Source: Actinomycetes bacterium
GTDB lineage: Bacteria; Actinomycetota; Acidimicrobiia; Acidimicrobiales; Palsa-688
Length of the DNA: 64,000 nt
Direction of reading: 5' to 3'
Assembly: GCA_021850325.1 (NCBI GenBank)
Contig: JAJZMF010000048.1
Span: forward strand, 141,169 to 205,168
This document shows, piece after piece, positions 58,831 through 64,000 of the stretch. The notes below the pieces were generated by a model, which did no database searches, was not told the origin of the DNA, and saw only the letters and a program-made list of their open reading frames with translations. The translations under genes and the position numbers were made by a program. Positions within the stretch are counted from its first letter, which is position 1, and the number at the start of each line of letters is the position of its first letter.

Positions 58831-60696
58831 ATGAAGCGCGCAGACATTCGCAATGTGGCCATTGTTGCCCACGTAGACCACGGCAAGACCACGCTGGTGG
58901 ACGCCATGCTCCGCCAGTCCGGCGTCTTCCGGGCCAACGAGGAGGTGGCCGAGAGGGTGATGGACTCGACCGACCTCGAGCGGGAGAAGGGCATCACCAT
59001 CCTCGCCAAGAACACGGCGGTGCGTTACGGGGACCTGACGGTCAACATCGTCGACACTCCGGGCCATGCCGACTTCGGCGGTGAGGTGGAGCGTGCCCTC
59101 ACCATGGTCGACGGTGTCCTACTGCTGGTCGATGCCAGCGAGGGCCCCCTCCCCCAGACCCGCTTCGTCCTGCGCAAGTCCCTCGAGGCGAAGCTCCCGG
59201 TGGTCCTCGTGGTGAACAAGGTGGACCGTTCGGACGCCCGGCCCGCCGAGGTCCTCGACGCCGTCTACGACCTGTTCATCGACCTCGGTGCGGGCGAGGA
59301 GCAGATCGAGTTCCCGGTCGTGTTCTGCAACGGGCGCAGCGGCCAGGCCGCACTGGCTCCCGAGGACGTGGCCAGCTCACCCGACCTCAAGGTGCTCTTC
59401 GACGTGCTGGTGGAGCACATCCCTGCCCCCCACTACAGCGAGGACCACCCCTTCCAGGCGCTGGTGGCGAACCTGGACGCTTCTCCCTATGTCGGCCGGC
59501 TGGCCGTCTGCCGGGTCCACCAGGGTTGGGTGCACAAGGGGGACACGGTGGCCTGGTGCCGTGCCGGCAGCCCCGATGAGGCCCCCGTACGGGCGCGCGT
59601 GGCGGAGCTGTACAAGACCCAGGCCCTGCAGCGGGTGGACGCCGGCCCGGAGGGGGCCGGGCCGGGCGACATCGTGGCCATCGCCGGCATACCCGAGATC
59701 ATGATCGGCGACACCCTGGCCGACCCCACCGACCCGCGGCCCCTGCCCGGGGTGCGGGTGGACGAGCCGGCCATATCCATGACCATCGGCACCAACACCT
59801 CGCCCCTGGCCGGCAAGGAGGGCCAGAAGATGACGGCCCGCCTGGTCAAAGGACGCCTGGACGCCGAGACCGTGGGCAACGTCTCGGTGCGGGTCCTTCC
59901 CACCGAGCGCCCTGACACCTGGGAGGTGCAAGGCCGGGGGGAGCTGGCCCTGGCCGTGCTCGTGGAGCTGATGCGCAGGGAGGGCTTCGAGCTGACCGTG
60001 GGCAAGCCGCGCGTCCTGACCAAGCTCGTCGACGGCAAGGTGTTCGAGCCGGTGGAGCGGGTGTCCCTGGACGTCCCCGAGGAGCACCTGGGGACGGTCA
60101 CCCAGCTGCTCGCCTCCCGCAAGGGCCGGATGCAGCACGTCGTTTCCCACGGCTCGGGCTGGGCCCGTACCGACTGGCTCGTCCCATCGCGTGCCCTCAT
60201 CGGCCTGCGGTCCCAGTTGCTCACCGAGACCAAGGGCACGGCCCAGCTGCACCATGTGCTGGAGGGCTGGGAACCTTGGGCGGGCGAGATACGGACCAGG
60301 CAGAACGGCTCGCTGGTCGCCGACCGGCGGGGCAAGAGCGCCACGTACGCCCTGATCAACCTGCAGGAGCGGGGAACCATGTTCATCGGCCCCGGTGAGG
60401 AGGTCTACGAGGGCATGGTGGTGGGTGAGAACGCCCGACGCGAGGACATGGACGTCAACCCGACCAAGGAGCGCAAGCTGACCAACATGCGCTCGTCCAC
60501 GGCCGAGGAGCTCGTGCGCCTGACGCCTCCACGGGTGCTCAGCCTCGAGCAGGCCCTCGAGTTCCTGAGAGAGGACGAGTGCGCCGAGGTGACCCCGGTG
60601 GCCGTCCGCCTGCGCAAGGTGCTGCTGGCGCAGGCCGACCGGGCCCGCCTGCGGGCGCGCGCCCGCGACCAGGAGGCCGTCCTCGTCTCGGACTGA
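58831..60696 (+). CDS. typA: Translational GTPase TypA/BipA
   Basis: [23 protein letters not shown]1 motif, DTPGHADF G3 motif, EF-G-like domains. ATG at 58831 with GAGGA RBS. The track ORF is extended upstream. Confidence 0.93.
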   Translation: MKRADIRNVAIVAHVDHGKTTLVDAMLRQSGVFRANEEVAERVMDSTDLEREKGITILAKNTAVRYGDLTVNIVDTPGHADFGGEVERALTMVDGVLLLVDASEGPLPQTRFVLRKSLEAKLPVVLVVNKVDRSDARPAEVLDAVYDLFIDLGAGEEQIEFPVVFCNGRSGQAALAPEDVASSPDLKVLFDVLVEHIPAPHYSEDHPFQALVANLDASPYVGRLAVCRVHQGWVHKGDTVAWCRAGSPDEAPVRARVAELYKTQALQRVDAGPEGAGPGDIVAIAGIPEIMIGDTLADPTDPRPLPGVRVDEPAISMTIGTNTSPLAGKEGQKMTARLVKGRLDAETVGNVSVRVLPTERPDTWEVQGRGELALAVLVELMRREGFELTVGKPRVLTKLVDGKVFEPVERVSLDVPEEHLGTVTQLLASRKGRMQHVVSHGSGWARTDWLVPSRALIGLRSQLLTETKGTAQLHHVLEGWEPWAGEIRTRQNGSLVADRRGKSATYALINLQERGTMFIGPGEEVYEGMVVGENARREDMDVNPTKERKLTNMRSSTAEELVRLTPPRVLSLEQALEFLREDECAEVTPVAVRLRKVLLAQADRARLRARARDQEAVLVSD

Positions 60697-60710
60697 GAGG
60701 ACCAGCCCGC

Positions 60711-61277
60711 TCAGTTGAGCGAGGGGTCCGCAGGCAGGGCGGACAAGAGGGCCAGCTCGCCCCCCTGCCTGCGCAGCACCGACTTCCACAGTGCGCCCGG
60801 CTCGGGACCGAACACGTCCGTGTCCTCGGGATCCAGCACCCACCAGGCCTCAGCAGCCAGCTCTTCCTCCAACTGCCCCGGGCCCCAGCCGGCATAGCCG
60901 GCGAACACCCTCAGCTGGCCGATCCATGGGGCCACGAACTGGGGGTCCGTGTCAAGGTCCACAGTGCCCAAGGCACCGCTCAGTGCGAGGTAGCCGGCGC
61001 CGGGCACCGTCACCTCCGACTTGAGCCGGGCCAGGCAGATCGTGCCCTCGGCCACCGGTCCGCCCACGAAGACAACGGCGGGCGACGACGCGAGGTCCCC
61101 CCACTCGGGCAGCGGGACGGCAAGGGGCGACTCGGTGGGGCGGTTGAGGACCAGGCCCAGGGCACCCTGGTCCCCGTGCGCCAGGACCAGCACGACGGTC
61201 CGGGCGAAGTTGGGGTCGACCAGGGTGGGGCGGGCCACGAGGAGCCTGCCCTGCAGGAGGTTGTCTTCGCCAGCCAT
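60711..61277 (-). CDS. YqgE/AlgH family protein (UPF0301)
   Basis: GRLLVARPTLVDPNFARTVVLVLAHGDQGALGLVLNRP...VFVGGPV...GYAGWGPGQLEEEL is the DUF179 signature. Confidence 0.8.
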   Translation of the reverse strand: MAGEDNLLQGRLLVARPTLVDPNFARTVVLVLAHGDQGALGLVLNRPTESPLAVPLPEWGDLASSPAVVFVGGPVAEGTICLARLKSEVTVPGAGYLALSGALGTVDLDTDPQFVAPWIGQLRVFAGYAGWGPGQLEEELAAEAWWVLDPEDTDVFGPEPGALWKSVLRRQGGELALLSALPADPSLN

Positions 61278-61308
61278 GCAACCATCATCCCTCCTGTACG
61301 TTTCTTAC

Positions 61309-62355
61309 ATGCGAGCCGTGACCGTGGTACCCCTGCAGGCCGGGTCCGTCGACCTCACCGAGATGGCCGAGCCTCCTGTCGAAGACGGGCCCGTCCTGGT
61401 CAGGACCCGGGCCGTCGGCATCTGCGGGACCGACATCGAGATCATCTCCGGAGGCTATGGCTGGGCGCCCGAAGGCGAGCAACGCCTGGCGATCGGGCAC
61501 GAGTCCCTGGGCGAGGTCCTGGAGGCCCCGGCCGGCAGCGGCTTCGCGGCCGGCGACCTGGTGGTGGGGATCGTCCGCCGTCCGGACCCCGTGCCCTGCC
61601 CGAACTGCGCCGTCCTCCAGTGGGACATGTGCAGCAACGGCCAGTACACCGAGTGGGGGATCAAGTCCCATCACGGCTACGCACGCGAGCACTACCGGAT
61701 AACCCCGGACTTCCTCGTCAAGGTGGGCCCGGCACTGGGTGACCTCGGAGTGCTGCTGGAGCCGACCACTGTGGTGGCCAAGGCCTGGGACCAGGTGGAG
61801 CGCATCGCCCGACGTGCCCTGTGGGAGCCGAGGCAGGTGCTGGTGACGGGTGCCGGCCCCATCGGGCAGTTGGCGGCGCTCCTGGGCGTTCAGCGTGGCC
61901 TGGACGTCCACGTCCTCGACCAGGTCACCTCGGGGGCCAAACCGGACCTGGTGGCCGCCCTGGGTGCCACGTACCACCACGGTGACCTGGCGGCCACCGG
62001 GCTTCAGCCCGACGTGGTCCTCGAGTGCACGGGCGTCGGGCAACTGGTCTTCGACGCCATGGACATGATGGCCCCGAACGGGATCCTCTGTCTCACCGGG
62101 GTCTCCTCCAAGGGCAGGTCCCTCGGCGTGGACGCCGGGGAGATCAACCGCCACATGGTGCTCGAGAACAACGTGGTCTTCGGTTCGGTCAACGCCAACC
62201 GTTCGCACTACGAGGCGGGCGCCCAGGCACTGGCCAAGGCTGACCCGGCCTGGCTGGCCCGGCTGGTGTCACGCCGTGTGCCCCTGGACGACTGGCGCTC
62301 TGCGTACGAACGTCAGCCGGACGACGTCAAGGTCGTGCTCCAGTTCGCTGACTGA
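61309..62355 (+). CDS. Zinc-dependent medium-chain alcohol/sugar dehydrogenase (threonine-/glucose-DH-like)
   Basis: GICGTDIEI, catalytic zinc ligands (C...H...E), structural zinc CPNC, and Rossmann motif VLVTGAGPIGQLA. Confidence 0.8.
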   Translation: MRAVTVVPLQAGSVDLTEMAEPPVEDGPVLVRTRAVGICGTDIEIISGGYGWAPEGEQRLAIGHESLGEVLEAPAGSGFAAGDLVVGIVRRPDPVPCPNCAVLQWDMCSNGQYTEWGIKSHHGYAREHYRITPDFLVKVGPALGDLGVLLEPTTVVAKAWDQVERIARRALWEPRQVLVTGAGPIGQLAALLGVQRGLDVHVLDQVTSGAKPDLVAALGATYHHGDLAATGLQPDVVLECTGVGQLVFDAMDMMAPNGILCLTGVSSKGRSLGVDAGEINRHMVLENNVVFGSVNANRSHYEAGAQALAKADPAWLARLVSRRVPLDDWRSAYERQPDDVKVVLQFAD

Positions 62356-62403
62356 GCAAGCGGCCGGCCGGGGCACTCGGGCGCGGCCCGGCCCACTGCC
62401 GTG

Positions 62404-63126
62404 CTACCTGTAGCGGAAGTACAGTCGGCCTGCCACCACGAGCCGGTGACCGCTGCTGCCGTGCCCGGCAGCCACCTCGGCGCTCACGACGACCCTACCG
62501 GCCGGGTGGGCGGGGGCCTGCACCGTGAGCCTGTTCGCGCTCCGGCTCAGGACCCGTCCCGGCACAGCGCCGAAGAGCACCCGGTCGACCGGGGCGAGCC
62601 CTGTTCCTCTCAGTGTCACGACCGTGCCCCCCTCGACCGGGCCGGCGCCCGGCGTCAGCGCCACCAGTGCTTGGGCAGGACCGGCCGCCCGGCTCGCACT
62701 GGCGGAGGCCGCCCCGGGCGCCCGGACGAAGTACGCGCCGGCCCGGCCGGCGGGCTCCGCCTGACGGGCGGGCGCCAGCACGGGAGCGAGCGCCCCGTCG
62801 GCAGCCTTGCCCGCGGTGGGGACCTGGGCGCGGCCCCCAACGGAGAGCACGCCGAGCACCAGGGCCAGCGCGGCCACCAGACCGGCGGGGACAGACCAGC
62901 GCAGGGCCCTGGCCCGGCGGGCCGAGGTGGGCCGGCCCAGGCTCACCTCCAGACGCCGGCGCAGCTCGACCGGGATGTCCAGTGCAGGGCCGGCTACCAC
63001 GTCCCCCGTCCCCGCCGGCCGGGAGAGCAACGCACCCTCCAACCGGGAACGCAGCCCAGGGGGCAGGGGCCGCGGCCTGTCAGCCCCGACCAGGAGCTCC
63101 TCGGGGGGAGGCACGGCCTCAGGCAC
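62404..63126 (-). CDS. Anti-sigma factor (single TM) with C-terminal IPT/TIG-like Ig-fold domain
   Basis: The N-terminal cytoplasmic segment overlaps the sigma gene stop. Hydrophobic helix AGLVAALALVLGVLSV. The C-terminus GGTVVTLRGTGLAPVDRVLFGAVPGRVLSRSANRLTVQAPAHPAGRVVV is typical of TIG domains. Confidence 0.6.
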   Translation of the reverse strand: MPEAVPPPEELLVGADRPRPLPPGLRSRLEGALLSRPAGTGDVVAGPALDIPVELRRRLEVSLGRPTSARRARALRWSVPAGLVAALALVLGVLSVGGRAQVPTAGKAADGALAPVLAPARQAEPAGRAGAYFVRAPGAASASASRAAGPAQALVALTPGAGPVEGGTVVTLRGTGLAPVDRVLFGAVPGRVLSRSANRLTVQAPAHPAGRVVVSAEVAAGHGSSGHRLVVAGRLYFRYR

Positions 63127-63703
63127 CTTCTTCTCCCATCTGGCGGCGCAGGGAGTCCCGCCCGCGCTGGAGCAACGACTGGACCTGGACCCGGCTCCGC
63201 CCCAGCTGGTCAGCCACCTCCTGCACCGACATCTCCTCCAGGTACTTGAGCACGAGCACCTGGCGTTGCAGCGCCGGCAACCTGCCCAATGCCCTCACAA
63301 CCGCGTCCTGGCGCTCGAAGAGCTCCGGTGCCCCGTCGGCAGGCGCGGTGGCGCCTTCCACCCGGAGGGCGCTACGAGCCACCTCCGCCCGGCGCTCGGC
63401 CTCGTAGTAGCGGGCCAGGCGTCGGCGGGCGATCGAGCACATCCAGGTGCTCGCCGCCGCTTCGCCGCGGAAGTTGGCGGCCGAGCGCACGGCCTCGAGC
63501 AGCGTCTCCTGCAGCAGGTCCTCGGCCACGGCCTGGCTCGCTCCCACCCGGGCAAAAACGAACCCGTAGACGACCGGTGCCACCTCGTCGAGCAGCCACC
63601 TCACAGCCTCGGGCTCCCCCCGGGCGGCGCGGCCCAGCAACCACGCCTCACCATCCCTCGTGACGGCACCCTCCGGCTGGTCCGGCGAACCCACGACCAC
63701 CAT
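63119..63703 (-). CDS. ECF (group 4) RNA polymerase sigma factor
   Basis: Region 2 (VYGFVFARVGASQAVAEDLLQETLLEAVRSAANFRGE) and region 4 HTH (LVLKYLEEMSVQEVADQLGRSRVQVQSLLQRGRDSLRR). Likely start MVVVGS...; the track ORF is extended. Confidence 0.8.
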   Translation of the reverse strand: MVVVGSPDQPEGAVTRDGEAWLLGRAARGEPEAVRWLLDEVAPVVYGFVFARVGASQAVAEDLLQETLLEAVRSAANFRGEAAASTWMCSIARRRLARYYEAERRAEVARSALRVEGATAPADGAPELFERQDAVVRALGRLPALQRQVLVLKYLEEMSVQEVADQLGRSRVQVQSLLQRGRDSLRRQMGEEGA

Positions 63704-63882
63704 GGTGGCCGAGGAGGTGCCAGGGTTGCCGACAGGGCCCCCCTGGGCGCTGCGGGCCCAGGGGCCCGGAGGTTTGCTCACGACAGGTTGGTGCCGGCCC
63801 GGCCGCCGCTCCAACCGGAGCGGCGGGGGCTTTTGCCCACCACGGCGCGGGCCGGCTCGCCCCGGCCACCCCTGGCCTTCCC

Positions 63883-63933
63883 ACACCGGGGCCTGCCTAC
63901 ACCGGGGCCTGCCTACACCGGGGCCCCCTCCAC
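63883..63933. repeat. Tandem direct repeat, about 17 bp x3 (tacaccggggcctgcc), intergenic
   Basis: cacaccggggcctgcc/tacaccggggcctgcc/tacaccggggccccct seen directly, about 180 bp upstream of the ECF sigma start. Confidence 0.75.
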
Positions 63934-64000
63934 CCTCACCAGGCCGTCCATCTCGGCCCGCAGGATCTCCGCCATGGCAGCCAACCCTCCGCTCTCCCCC

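Noticed and set aside
62613-63407. 264-aa plus-strand ORF
   Set aside because: It is antisense to the ECF sigma / anti-sigma pair, and Pro/Arg-rich.

Overview
This 64 kb window is high-GC (about 70%+) actinobacterial chromosome, densely packed with conserved housekeeping genes. I found no IS elements, prophage, integrons or CRISPR arrays. Gene order is syntenic with the Streptomyces/Mycobacterium core region, in three stretches. The first runs nusA-rimP | ispG-rseP-dxr-cdsA-frr-pyrH-tsf-rpsB | whiG-xerC | dprA-comM-yraN-DUF2469-rplS-trmD-rimM-KH-rpsP-ffh. The second is a menaquinone cluster (menG, menF, menD, menH, menA, menE), followed by flotillin/NfeD, yyaL, dnaE, a Bpa-like proteasome activator, hisG, mogA, rpe, rsmB, fmt, def, glyA and tRNA-Leu(CAA). 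The third is the type II FAS operon fabD-fabH-acpP-fabF, then bcp, ubiB, typA, and an ECF sigma/anti-sigma pair. Gene calls rest on motifs I recognise in the supplied translations (e.g. NusA N-terminus, the IspG signature, the MPEL N-terminus of Fpg, GGDEF, the DSL motif of ACP). They also rest on translationally coupled ATGA/GTGA overlaps and ribosome-binding sites. The ORF track appears to start at the first ATG/GTG after a stop, so many listed ORFs carry spurious N-terminal extensions. Long opposite-strand ORFs are GC-driven artefacts. I see no obvious novel defence or mobile system. The most unusual items are listed here. (1) An 869-aa cytoplasmic signalling protein with a truncated LacI-type sugar-binding domain, no HTH, a GAF-like region, PAS and an intact GGDEF. 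(2) FabD carrying a roughly 110-aa C-terminal biotinyl/lipoyl-like domain with no target lysine. (3) A flotillin/NfeD-OB operon in which neither protein has a transmembrane anchor. (4) A Bpa homologue ending in GTYL. (5) A NUDIX-HAD fusion. (6) Three short tandem repeats and an AT-rich 12-mer that occurs twice.
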